A DNA stretch of 15,898 nucleotides from Candidatus Micrarchaeota archaeon (GTDB taxonomy: Archaea > Micrarchaeota > Micrarchaeia > Anstonellales > Bilamarchaeaceae): NCBI GenBank assembly GCA_037440825.1, contig JBBITJ010000011.1:13520-29417 (forward strand), read 5' to 3'. Position 1 is the first letter of the stretch, and every line of letters starts with the position of its first letter. Position numbers and translations under genes: made by a program. The notes under the pieces were generated by a model. That model saw only the letters and a list, made by a program, of their open reading frames with translations, did not search any database and had not been told where the DNA came from. This document shows, piece by piece, positions 6,965-15,283 of the stretch.

Positions 6965-7382
6965 GGGATTCATATTCTCCATAGACGCGGCAGTGGCGCT
7001 CTTCGTGATGGTGCTGGCGCTGGTCACGGTAAGCTATTTCTCCTACCAAGCCGAGAAGAGCCCATACATAAAGCTCCAGCTCGAGAGGACGGCGTACGAC
7101 GTGCTCATGGTGCTGGACGCCCGGGGCTTGCTGCAATCCGCGAACGCGAGCCTCATAGGCGAAGGGCTCAACGAATCCCTGCCTTCCAACGCTGACGCGC
7201 ACCTCACGATAAGCACTTATTACAAGGACACCGGCGGCTTCAATCTCATGGAAATCTCGGATTACGGCAGCGAGATTCCTTCGGGCAGGGACGTGTACGA
7301 GGTAGAGTACAGTTTCGTCGGCATGGGCGAGTCGCGCGCATCAAACTATTCAGTAGCGAGGATGAGCATATGGGAACGCTGA
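6954..7382 (+). CDS. Minor pilin-like protein (KG|FIFSxD type)
   Basis: MKNKG|FIFSIDAAVALFVMVLALVTV; overlaps both neighbours. Confidence 0.82.
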   Translation: MKNKGFIFSIDAAVALFVMVLALVTVSYFSYQAEKSPYIKLQLERTAYDVLMVLDARGLLQSANASLIGEGLNESLPSNADAHLTISTYYKDTGGFNLMEISDYGSEIPSGRDVYEVEYSFVGMGESRASNYSVARMSIWER

Positions 7383-8191
7383 AAGGTATTTTCTCTACGC
7401 TGGCCGCGCTCCTGCTGACCGCGAGCCTGCTCGCGCTCGCAATCCCCCTGGCAGGGCAGCCGCTCAAGAACGGCAAGACTGCTTCCTATGTGCTGGAGAC
7501 CGACCTGGCCGCGGAGAAGTTCGCCATGCTCGAAATGCAGGCGGTCCGCATAATCTCCGCCTCCATAAACGTGAGCGTGAGCAACGACACCGTAACTGTC
7601 GCGGAGCGCATGCCGCTGGATTTCTCGTTCGCGGAGGATCTGGACAACCTCGCCGCCTTCGAGCGGAACTTCTCAGGTATGAATGTCTCCCTGGATTTCA
7701 CGAACTGCAAGAACGGCGCGTTCGGAATCTCGCCCAATTCCGTTTCTATAACCCACTCCGCAGGGGCGTTCAGGTTCATCGCCCAGAACTCCACGCAGAG
7801 CGCGGGCTCCATACGGGAATACCGCGCCAACCTGACATTCCAGGCCGCGTCCGCGGACGGCGCGTCCTGGGATTCGCTCAACACGCTGCCCCAAGGCGAC
7901 CCGGACGGCATCCTGGTCACAGTCCACCTGGAGGACAGCGGCTACGCGCTCTACATGGATTTCCAGGAGACCCTGGACAGGAGCAAGGTGAGCAGGCTCA
8001 ACATAACGCGCGCAGGCGCGACCGTGGCGTACGTGGAGTTCGCGCCTCCCGGATCGCTGGAAGTGTACAGCACAGAGAGTGCTGGTTTAAAAGCTTTGGC
8101 GGCTTTTAAAAATCCGGTCTACGTGGAAGCCAACGACACTATAAGCGTAAGCTCGTTCACGAACAAGAGCGCGACGGTGAGGATAGCATGA
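7370..8191 (+). CDS. Pilin-like/secreted accessory protein
   Basis: LKG|IFSTLAALLLTASLLALAI hydrophobic N-terminus, beta-rich body with many N-x-S/T sequons, ATGA overlap with the next gene. Confidence 0.7.
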   Translation: MGTLKGIFSTLAALLLTASLLALAIPLAGQPLKNGKTASYVLETDLAAEKFAMLEMQAVRIISASINVSVSNDTVTVAERMPLDFSFAEDLDNLAAFERNFSGMNVSLDFTNCKNGAFGISPNSVSITHSAGAFRFIAQNSTQSAGSIREYRANLTFQAASADGASWDSLNTLPQGDPDGILVTVHLEDSGYALYMDFQETLDRSKVSRLNITRAGATVAYVEFAPPGSLEVYSTESAGLKALAAFKNPVYVEANDTISVSSFTNKSATVRIA

Positions 8192-8862
8192 AAGTCTCCG
8201 ACGTGATGAAGTCCAAGTTTCTGTTCTTCTACGCCGAAGATCCCATATACCAGGTCGCGCGCAAGCTCGAGGCTTCTGGCCAGAGGGAAGCCCCGGTGAT
8301 ATGGCACGACAAGTTCATCGGCATGATCTCGTTCTCTGGCATCGCGGCGGCCCTGACGCGGAGGAAGCTCGTGGACAACCTGACGCAGGAGGGCGCGGCG
8401 GCCATCAGGCCGGAGCCCATAAGGAAGTACATATATCGTACGCCGATGTTCATGCGTATAACCCTGGACCCGGACATGCCGGTATCCAAGGCGATCGCAA
8501 TCCTGGCCGCCAGGAACGCTGAAATCGTTCCGGTCGTAGACAGGAAGCAGAAGCTGCTGGGCGTGGTGCACTCCAAGAACATCCGCGATCTGATTATGGA
8601 TGTTCTGTCGTTCGGGCTCTCGTCGGCGGCGAAGAAGTCCGAGGAGGAGAAATGGGGGGACGGCCACAAGCTCAACACCACCATAGACAGGATACACAAA
8701 TTCGTCGTGGAGAAAGGCACGGTGAGCGCGGAGCAGGTCGCCAAGCAGTTCAAGCTCCCGGTGCCGACCATAGAGGAATACGCCCAGAGCCTGGAGAAGC
8801 ACGGCCTGCTCAGGATAGAGTACACGGTGCTGGGGGAGATGGTGATAAAGAGGGTGAGTTGA
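8188..8862 (+). CDS. CBS-domain pair fused to a C-terminal winged helix-turn-helix
   Basis: MKVSDVM..APVI..FIGMIS and LDPDMPV..VPVVD..LLGVV (two CBS domains). From about 8671: TTIDRIHKFVVEKGTVSAEQVAKQFKLPVPTIEEYAQSLEKHGLLRIEY (wHTH pattern). Confidence 0.85.
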   Translation: MKVSDVMKSKFLFFYAEDPIYQVARKLEASGQREAPVIWHDKFIGMISFSGIAAALTRRKLVDNLTQEGAAAIRPEPIRKYIYRTPMFMRITLDPDMPVSKAIAILAARNAEIVPVVDRKQKLLGVVHSKNIRDLIMDVLSFGLSSAAKKSEEEKWGDGHKLNTTIDRIHKFVVEKGTVSAEQVAKQFKLPVPTIEEYAQSLEKHGLLRIEYTVLGEMVIKRVS

Positions 8863-8863
8863 G

Positions 8864-10333
8864 TTGGCGCGCGTGGACAGGTACATAATCAGCGCAGACG
8901 GCGTGGATGCCGAGGTTTCCATAGAGAAGCAGCCGGGCAAGCTCCACAACTACGTGGTGTCCATACCCCGCGCGGAGGCGGCGACAGCCGCCTACCTCAA
9001 TTCGGTCAAGGAGGAACTGCTCAGGCAAGTGCGGCTCACGGCGCAGGAAGTCCTGGACATAAAGTACATGGCCGAACTCAAGGAGAAGTTCTACAAGATC
9101 GCGCACAAGCTCATAATGGAGCGCATCCCGCACGTGCCGGAGGAGGAGGCGTCGCAGCTTGCAGGGCTCATGATACAGGAGCTGCTCGGCCTCGGCGAAA
9201 TAGAGTTCCTGCTCAAGGACGACAACCTGGAGGAGGTGTGCGTGAACACGTCCAGGGAGCCAATCTGGGTGTACCACAAGAAATACGGCTGGTGCATAAG
9301 CAACGTGAAAATCGAGAGCGAGACCAAGATATGGGACTACTCCAGTCTGATAGGAAGGCGCGTAGGAAGGCAGATCACCTCGCAGGATCCGCTCCTGGAC
9401 GCGTACCTTCCGAGCGGGGACAGAGTGAACGCGACCCTCGCGCCCATCTCGTCTTTCGGGAACACAATCACCATCAGGAAGTTCGCGCGCAAGCCCTGGA
9501 CTATAACCGACCTGATACGCTCGAAGACGATAAACGAGGAGGTGGCATCGTTCCTCTGGCTCGCGATGCAGTACGAGCTCAACATACTCGTGGCAGGAGG
9601 AACCGGAGCCGGAAAGACTTCGATACTTAACGTGCTCTGCTCCTTCATCCCGCAGAACCAGCGCGTCATCTCCATCGAGCAGACCAGGGAGATAACTCTT
9701 CCCAGCTACCTCCAATGGGTTCCCCTGGTAGTGAGGCACGGGACCAAGGAGAGCAAGGGGGACATCACGATGCTCGACCTCATGGTTAATTCCCTGCGTA
9801 TGCGCCCTGACCGCATAATCGTCGGGGAGATCAGAAGGGCCGAGGAGGCGGAAGTCCTTTTCGAGGCTATGCACACCGGGCACTCGGTCTATGCGACGAT
9901 GCACGCGGAAACCGTATTCGAGACGTTCAAGCGCCTCGTGAGCCCGCCGATAGAGCTTCCGGAAGTCGTGCTGGAATCGCTGCACTTCGTGCTCGCGATG
10001 TACAGGGACAGGAGGAGCGGCATAAGGCGCGTGTTCGAGCTCGGAGAGCTGATACCGTCGCAGAAGAGCGAGGGTGTGAGCGCGAACATAGTTTACAAGT
10101 GGCGCTCGAGCAAGGACATAGTGGAGCAGGACAACCCCAGCGTGCGCCTGTTCGACATAATAAGGACGTACACGCGCATGGACGACCGCGAGATAATGGA
10201 TACGCTGAAGGAGAGGGAGAAGGTGCTCCACTACCTGGTTGCCAAGAACATAAACACGGTCGACGAGGTCGGCAACACCATAGTGCAGTATTACGAAGAG
10301 CCGGACGCGCTCATGAAGAAAATCAAAGGGTGA
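8864..10333 (+). CDS. Type II/IV secretion system ATPase (CpaF/TadA/VirB11 family), pilus assembly motor
   Basis: TITIRKF, Walker A GGTGAGKT, SIEQTRE, LRMRPDRIIVGEIR (Walker B), His box HTGH..TMH. TTG start after GGGTGA. Confidence 0.95.
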   Translation: MARVDRYIISADGVDAEVSIEKQPGKLHNYVVSIPRAEAATAAYLNSVKEELLRQVRLTAQEVLDIKYMAELKEKFYKIAHKLIMERIPHVPEEEASQLAGLMIQELLGLGEIEFLLKDDNLEEVCVNTSREPIWVYHKKYGWCISNVKIESETKIWDYSSLIGRRVGRQITSQDPLLDAYLPSGDRVNATLAPISSFGNTITIRKFARKPWTITDLIRSKTINEEVASFLWLAMQYELNILVAGGTGAGKTSILNVLCSFIPQNQRVISIEQTREITLPSYLQWVPLVVRHGTKESKGDITMLDLMVNSLRMRPDRIIVGEIRRAEEAEVLFEAMHTGHSVYATMHAETVFETFKRLVSPPIELPEVVLESLHFVLAMYRDRRSGIRRVFELGELIPSQKSEGVSANIVYKWRSSKDIVEQDNPSVRLFDIIRTYTRMDDREIMDTLKEREKVLHYLVAKNINTVDEVGNTIVQYYEEPDALMKKIKG

Positions 10334-10337
10334 GCCC

Positions 10338-11213
10338 ATGAAGATTCCACTGATGCTCATCCCGCCGAAGGTCGCCAAGAAGCTCTCACACGTGTTCCTC
10401 GGAGTGGCCTCCCGGATGGCGCCGGGCTTCAAGACGCTCGAATCCGAGCTCTACAAGGTGGATTCAGATCTCTCCGCCACGGAATACATCGCGCACCTCA
10501 TCCTCAACGCCTGCGTGTATTTCGCGATGACTGCAGTGATAGTATTCTCCGTGCTGTACAGGCTGGCCAATCCGCGCGCCGTAGCGCTCGCGTTCTTGGC
10601 CGGCCTCGTAACTGCGGCTGCGATATTCTTCGTAGGCATAGTCTACCCGCGCTGGTTCAGCAGGAAGCGCGTCGCAGAAGTGGACAAGAACCTGCTCTTC
10701 GCGGCGCGCCATCTCAGGATACAGACCACTGCAGACGTGCCGCTTTTCGAGTCGTTCGTCTCCGCATCCCAGGGGTACGGCGCGGTCTCCGAGGAGTTCA
10801 AGCAGATCGTGAAGAACGTGGAGGCCGGAATGAACATTCCGGCAGCGCTGGAGGAATCGGCGGACAAGACCCCCTCGTACTACTACAACAGGATAATCTG
10901 GCAGATCTCCAACGCGGTGAAGGCCGGAACGGATGTGGGGCCCGTACTCTCGGACATAGTGGATTTCCTCGCCGAGGAGCAGAGGATAAACATGAGGAGC
11001 TACGGCGCCCAGCTCAACACGCTCGCGATAATGTACCTGATGAGTTGCATAATCGCGCCCACCATCAGCCTGATATTCATGATGGTTATATCCTCGTTCG
11101 TGGATCTGCCCATAACCGACACGGTCTTCTGGCTCATACTCGGCGGGCTGGTGTTCGTGCAGTATATGTTCGTCGGGCTCATCCAGAGCAGGAGGCCCGT
11201 AGTCTCCATATAG
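10338..11213 (+). CDS. Type II secretion F / TadB-TadC family membrane platform protein
   Basis: Two N-terminal TM helices, YGAVSEEFKQIV..G...ALEE core, C-terminal TM helices; directly follows the ATPase. Confidence 0.9.
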   Translation: MKIPLMLIPPKVAKKLSHVFLGVASRMAPGFKTLESELYKVDSDLSATEYIAHLILNACVYFAMTAVIVFSVLYRLANPRAVALAFLAGLVTAAAIFFVGIVYPRWFSRKRVAEVDKNLLFAARHLRIQTTADVPLFESFVSASQGYGAVSEEFKQIVKNVEAGMNIPAALEESADKTPSYYYNRIIWQISNAVKAGTDVGPVLSDIVDFLAEEQRINMRSYGAQLNTLAIMYLMSCIIAPTISLIFMMVISSFVDLPITDTVFWLILGGLVFVQYMFVGLIQSRRPVVSI

Positions 11214-12179
11214 ATGATGGGAATGATGCAGAAATACCTCAACACCTGGAAAGAACTCCTCATCTACAACGACATGGAGACGAACCCGCGCTCGTTCGCG
11301 GTCTGGCTCATACTCGTGCCGATAGCCGCAGGCTCCGTGGCAGCGCTGCTCGCAGGATTGCACTGGCCGCTCGTGCTTGTGCCCCCTGTGGCGCTCTCGG
11401 TCCTCGCGCACATAGCGACCTATGCCTACCTGGTGCTGGGAGCGAGCAGCCGCGCGGCAAAGGTGGATGAAGTCCTTCCCGATTTCCTTTCCCTGGTGGC
11501 GAGCAACATACGTGCAGGCCTGACTCCGGACAGGGCGCTTATAGTATCGGCGAGGTCTGAGTTCGGCCCTCTCGCAAAGGCCGTGAACGCGGCAGCCAAA
11601 AGCAGCGTCACGGGCATGCCCATGGACCAGGTGATGATGAGCATAAGCGAGCGCATAAGATCCAACGCGCTGGACAACACGATAAAGCTGATCGTGGAGG
11701 GCCTGCACTCCGGAGGAAACATGTCAGAGCTCCTGGAGAAGACCGCCTACGATTTGCGCAAGTTCCGCTCCGTGCGCCAGGAGATAAGCGCGATAATAAT
11801 GAATTACGTCATGTTCATAGTCGCGGCCATCACGTTCGGAGCCCCGCTGCTCTACGGCATATCCACATTCCTCGTGGACATAATGATGAAGATAAAGGGC
11901 AAGATAGGCAGCGGCGGCGAATCATTCTCGGCGATGGGCAACATGAACATCTTCAAGGGCAAGCTCGCCTTCACCTCGGACGGAGTGACGCTGTTCGCCG
12001 CGCTTTCCATAACTGTGACCGTGCTTTTCGGGTGCATGGCCATAGGCGTGATGTCCACGGGAAGGAGGGTGGATGGCCTGAAATACTTCCCGTTCCTGCT
12101 CGCGGCCGCGCTCGGCATACTTTTCGCGGTGAAGTTCGGGCTGCAGATGGTGCTCGGACCGATGATGGATCCGCAGTAG
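11214..12179 (+). CDS. Type II secretion F / TadC family membrane platform protein
   Basis: LPDFLSLVASNIRAGLTPDRAL..EFGPLA..SGGNMSELLE and several TM helices; TAG-ATG junction with the previous gene. Confidence 0.92.
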   Translation: MMGMMQKYLNTWKELLIYNDMETNPRSFAVWLILVPIAAGSVAALLAGLHWPLVLVPPVALSVLAHIATYAYLVLGASSRAAKVDEVLPDFLSLVASNIRAGLTPDRALIVSARSEFGPLAKAVNAAAKSSVTGMPMDQVMMSISERIRSNALDNTIKLIVEGLHSGGNMSELLEKTAYDLRKFRSVRQEISAIIMNYVMFIVAAITFGAPLLYGISTFLVDIMMKIKGKIGSGGESFSAMGNMNIFKGKLAFTSDGVTLFAALSITVTVLFGCMAIGVMSTGRRVDGLKYFPFLLAAALGILFAVKFGLQMVLGPMMDPQ

Positions 12180-12181
12180 CG

Positions 12182-13342
12182 CTAGTATCCGGCGAGCGAG
12201 GTCTGCCTCCCCTTGAGCGCGTCCCTCAGCAGCGTCCCCTCCTCCACGAACCTGGAAGCAGGAAGCTCGAACCCGGAGCACGCGCCGGCAAGCGCCTCCT
12301 TGAGCGTCTCGAATTCCCGCGGCTTGCGCGCCATCGCGTTCCTCACGTTCTCGCGCACGTTGAACACTCCGAGGGGGATGTAGCCGCTGCCTGCCTCGCG
12401 GAGCACTATCGCGCCTGCCTGCTTCCTCATTCGGGCAAGGCCTTCGAGCACCCCGAACTTGCAGCTGTAGTAGCATCCGCCAACTGACGAGTATTCTTTT
12501 TTGCCCCTGTTGGTCTCGTAGTCGCTGAAAACCATCTCGTCACGCCCGAGCACGTGCATGAACGCCTCGATCCACTCGTACTGCCATGCAGTAGGCATCA
12601 GTATGACCGAATACCTGTTGTTCAGGCTGGAGAATCCATATACTTGGAACCTGTCTATGACTTCGTGATGCTTCACTTCCTCCAGCAGATTGTCGGCAAG
12701 CGCGCTGTCGCACGCGGTTATGCTCCACCTGGTAGGCACGAGCTTCCTGTTCTTGCCTAGCCCCATGGTGCCCACGGAGAACGCCTTCTCTATCTTGGAA
12801 AAAGGGACGCCGCCCTTGTACAAATTCACTATTGCTTCCTCTGCCCGCAGGTCCGTGTCATAATACGCCTTTTCCAGCTGATGCGTCCACCTGCAATTCC
12901 CTACTTCGAATTCCTCGACAAGCGCGCTCGGGCCGTGCGGAGTGTGCTCGTCGCTGAATTCCGCGCCCCTGGGCTGGCTCCTGAATTTAACTTCGCTGTC
13001 TATGGAGCTCTCGGCGAGCGCTATTTCCTGGAGCTTGGAAACATACTTGCTCCCGGTGTCCTTCGCGTCCACCTCCATCTTCCCCCGGACGAGGTTGAGC
13101 CTGTACCCTATTATCTCCTCTTGGCTCTTGTTTCCCGGAATCCACTTCTCCGGAGAGTCCATTATCTCGGTGTTCCCATACTCCGGCGCGACCATGGGAC
13201 CTGCGAGCACCTTGGGGTAGTTGTAGCTTCCCACGAACACGGACGGAGGGGTGCTGCCAGCCATCTCCTTACCCACAGAGGCGGATTTGATGCTGAGCGC
13301 TGCCGTGATCTTCTTCAGGTACGCGCCTTTGCTCACCCTCAT
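12182..13342 (-). CDS. nreA: Nre-family archaeal DNA repair protein with C-terminal PIP-like motif
   Basis: [51 protein letters not shown]-terminal QTSLAGY. Start moved from 13435 to ATG 13342, which has a TTTTTATT box at 13365-13372. Confidence 0.88.
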   Translation of the reverse strand: MRVSKGAYLKKITAALSIKSASVGKEMAGSTPPSVFVGSYNYPKVLAGPMVAPEYGNTEIMDSPEKWIPGNKSQEEIIGYRLNLVRGKMEVDAKDTGSKYVSKLQEIALAESSIDSEVKFRSQPRGAEFSDEHTPHGPSALVEEFEVGNCRWTHQLEKAYYDTDLRAEEAIVNLYKGGVPFSKIEKAFSVGTMGLGKNRKLVPTRWSITACDSALADNLLEEVKHHEVIDRFQVYGFSSLNNRYSVILMPTAWQYEWIEAFMHVLGRDEMVFSDYETNRGKKEYSSVGGCYYSCKFGVLEGLARMRKQAGAIVLREAGSGYIPLGVFNVRENVRNAMARKPREFETLKEALAGACSGFELPASRFVEEGTLLRDALKGRQTSLAGY

Positions 13343-13397
13343 GAGGATATGATAAGGGAAGATGAATAAAAAGAAGACTGCGGGGTGCGTTCCGTTG

Positions 13398-13417
13398 CAG
13401 CCATGATTCCATGGCTG
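13398..13417. promoter_or_regulatory. Inverted repeat CAGCCATG-N4-CATGGCTG abutting an ATTTAAAT box; possible operator
   Basis: Perfect 8-bp arms read directly; lies in the divergent intergenic region upstream of nreA. Confidence 0.45.
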
Positions 13418-13535
13418 ATTTAAATTCCTTTGCAAGAAATCCCATCACGCCCAAAACGCTTTCGGACGCGGAACTGATGCAAAGGCTCGGAATATACGGC
13501 AAGACGCTCGCGCTCTTCAAGGCGGTGCAGAAGAA

Positions 13536-13634
13536 GAGAACGGGTGCATATGCACCTCCTGGCCGGTGGCCATGAAGTTCGGGCTTTCCAAGACGTTCTG
13601 CTGCACCCGCGGCTCCGCGAAAGGGCAGGGCTAG
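13536..13634 (+). pseudogene. Remnant resembling the C-terminal half of a DUF2769-type Cys-rich protein
   Basis: ENGCICTSWPVAMKFGLSKTFCCTRGSAKGQG* resembles ExGCICxxCPVxxxxGLxxxYYCxxGS, with one Cys codon changed to TGG. No suitable in-frame start; an upstream GKT segment lies in another frame. Confidence 0.5.
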
Positions 13635-13673
13635 ACCACACGGGCCACAAGCGCTGGCAGGAGCTGAAAAGAA

Positions 13674-13680
13674 TTTAAAT
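13674..13680 (+). promoter_or_regulatory. TATA box of the ZIP-ogt unit (leaderless)
   Basis: TTTAAAT preceded by purine-rich GAAAAGAA, about 21 nt before ATG 13701. Confidence 0.6.
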
Positions 13681-13700
13681 TCCGCGCGAGAACCCTGCTC

Positions 13701-14438
13701 ATGCACATACTCGTCTGGATAATCGCCGCGACCATCGCTGACAGCCTGGTCGGGCTGCTCGGCATATTCTCGCTCTGGATCAAGGACGACCTGATAAAGA
13801 AAGCCGGACTCTACCTGATGTCGTTCTCGGCAGGCGCGCTTCTCGGAGGCGCGTTCTTCCACTTCCTTCCGGAGGCGTTGGAAGCAAGTTCCGCGATGAA
13901 GGTGTTTGCGTTCGTGGTTCTCGGCTTCGTGGTATTCCAGATTCTCGAGTCATATCTGCACTGGCACCTGTGCAAGGAGTGCGGGATACATCCGTATTCC
14001 TACCTGATGCCCATAGGCGACGCGCTCCACAACGTGATAGATGGGTTCGTGATCGCCGCCAGCTTCCTGGTGAGCGTGCCGTTCGGCATAATCACCACCG
14101 CGGTCATAATACTGCACGAGGTGCCCCAGGAGATAGGCATATTTGGGGCCATGGTGCACGGCGGGCAGAAGAAGAAGACCGCCATAATCTACACGTTCGT
14201 CTCGCAGGCGACCTGCGTCCTGGGCGGCATAGGCGGATATTTCCTCTCGCAGGCTAGCGCCGAGTTCTCGTCCTTCCTCATCCCGTTCGCAGCAGGCGGC
14301 TTCCTGTACATAGTTGCAGCGGACCTCGTCCCGGAGATGCACAAGGCGGGCAACGACCAGAAGCTCAAGAATTTCGCAGTTTACGCAGCAGGGCTCCTGT
14401 TCATGATCGCCGCAAAGTTCTATTTCGAAGGGGGCTGA
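13701..14438 (+). CDS. ZIP (ZupT-like) divalent metal transporter
   Basis: FSAGALLGGAFFHFLPEA, loop HWHLCKECGIH, GDALHNVIDG, LHEVPQEIG, AAGGFLYIVAADLVPE. Confidence 0.95.
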   Translation: MHILVWIIAATIADSLVGLLGIFSLWIKDDLIKKAGLYLMSFSAGALLGGAFFHFLPEALEASSAMKVFAFVVLGFVVFQILESYLHWHLCKECGIHPYSYLMPIGDALHNVIDGFVIAASFLVSVPFGIITTAVIILHEVPQEIGIFGAMVHGGQKKKTAIIYTFVSQATCVLGGIGGYFLSQASAEFSSFLIPFAAGGFLYIVAADLVPEMHKAGNDQKLKNFAVYAAGLLFMIAAKFYFEGG

Positions 14439-14741
14439 ATGCGCCTGAGTGCAAGACAGCGGAAGAAGCTCGCCTCGCTCACTGATTTCGAGCGCAAAGT
14501 GCTTTTGGCCTGCACGAAAATCCCGGCAGGGCAGACAAGGACTTATTCCCAGCTCGCGCAGCAGATTGGAAAACCACACGCTGCGCGCGCAGTCGGGAAT
14601 GCGCTGGCGAAGAATCCGCTTGCGCCCATCATCCCGTGCCACCGCGTGATTAGGAATGATGGCTCGTTGGGAGGCTACAGCGCAAAGGGCGGGACGCGCA
14701 GGAAGCGCGCCCTCCTGAAAAACGAGAAATCAGGAAAATAG
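14439..14741 (+). CDS. ogt: Methylated-DNA--protein-cysteine methyltransferase (MGMT), C-terminal domain only
   Basis: IPAGQTRTYSQLA, ARAVGNAL..NP, active-site PCHRVI, LGGY. Confidence 0.93.
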   Translation: MRLSARQRKKLASLTDFERKVLLACTKIPAGQTRTYSQLAQQIGKPHAARAVGNALAKNPLAPIIPCHRVIRNDGSLGGYSAKGGTRRKRALLKNEKSGK

Positions 14742-15224
14742 CTCCTGCAATTCCCTGGTGAGCTTCACCACATTCGTCTTGCCCACAGAGCCCTTCTCCA
14801 CCACGCCCTTCTGCTCCATGCGCCTGATTATGCGGTGCGCCTTTGTCTTGCCTATCCCCTCGATATAGGAGAGCTCGGACTGGAGCGCCTTGCCCCCTCC
14901 TTCCACGATTTTCGCGAGCACCTTCCCTTCGTCCGCGTCCAGCAGCCTGTAAACCGCAGCCTTGTTCAGGGGTTTCGCGTTCTGGGTTCTGCGTTCCGAG
15001 AAGAAATAGAATGCAGCGGCCCCTATCCCGATGCCGAGTATGAGCACGAGGGGGATAGATTTTATCAAGTTGTCCGCGAATATCTCGTGCTCGCACACGC
15101 CGTCCACAGTGCACACCTGGGGCTCCAAAGCCTTGAGCACCAAAGGCACGGAATATATCACTGCCACGAGCGCCAGCACGGAGCCTATGGCGAGCATCGT
15201 CTTCGCGTTTTTCTGGATATCCAT
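14730..15224 (-). CDS. Membrane-anchored winged-helix protein (COG2512-like): two TM helices plus wHTH
   Basis: TM1, loop CTVDGVCEH, TM2, then LDADEGKVL..GGKALQSEL..GKTKAHRIIRRMEQKGVVEK..GKTNVVKL. Start 15224 preferred because a TATTAAA box lies about 22 nt upstream. Confidence 0.85.
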   Translation of the reverse strand: MDIQKNAKTMLAIGSVLALVAVIYSVPLVLKALEPQVCTVDGVCEHEIFADNLIKSIPLVLILGIGIGAAAFYFFSERRTQNAKPLNKAAVYRLLDADEGKVLAKIVEGGGKALQSELSYIEGIGKTKAHRIIRRMEQKGVVEKGSVGKTNVVKLTRELQELFS

Positions 15225-15245
15225 GCAATCCTGTGGAAGCGGTGC

Positions 15246-15252
15246 TTTAATA
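15246..15252. promoter_or_regulatory. Possible shared, bidirectional TATA element between the wHTH gene and the ferritin-like gene
   Basis: TTTAATA on plus and TATTAAA on minus, within a 59-nt divergent gap. Confidence 0.45.
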
Positions 15253-15283
15253 CCTTTTCTGAGCATATTAAACTGGTGATAAC

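Noticed and set aside
8810..11708. Long antisense ORFs 8810-10432 and 10464-11708 (likewise 2881-3741 and 8119-8949)
   Set aside because: Shadow frames of well-supported GC3-rich genes, with no recognisable motifs.
2112..12179. Archaellum (flagellum) or conjugation system
   Set aside because: No archaellin-like N-terminus, no ArlF/G, two separate TadB/C genes instead of a single ArlJ, and no VirB4, VirD4 or relaxase.
13343..13435. 31-aa N-terminal extension of NreA
   Set aside because: It runs through the AT-rich promoter and inverted repeat; ATG 13342 fits the TATA spacing.
15225..15266. N-terminal extension of the membrane wHTH ORF
   Set aside because: It overlaps the TATA element; ATG 15224 fits a leaderless start better.
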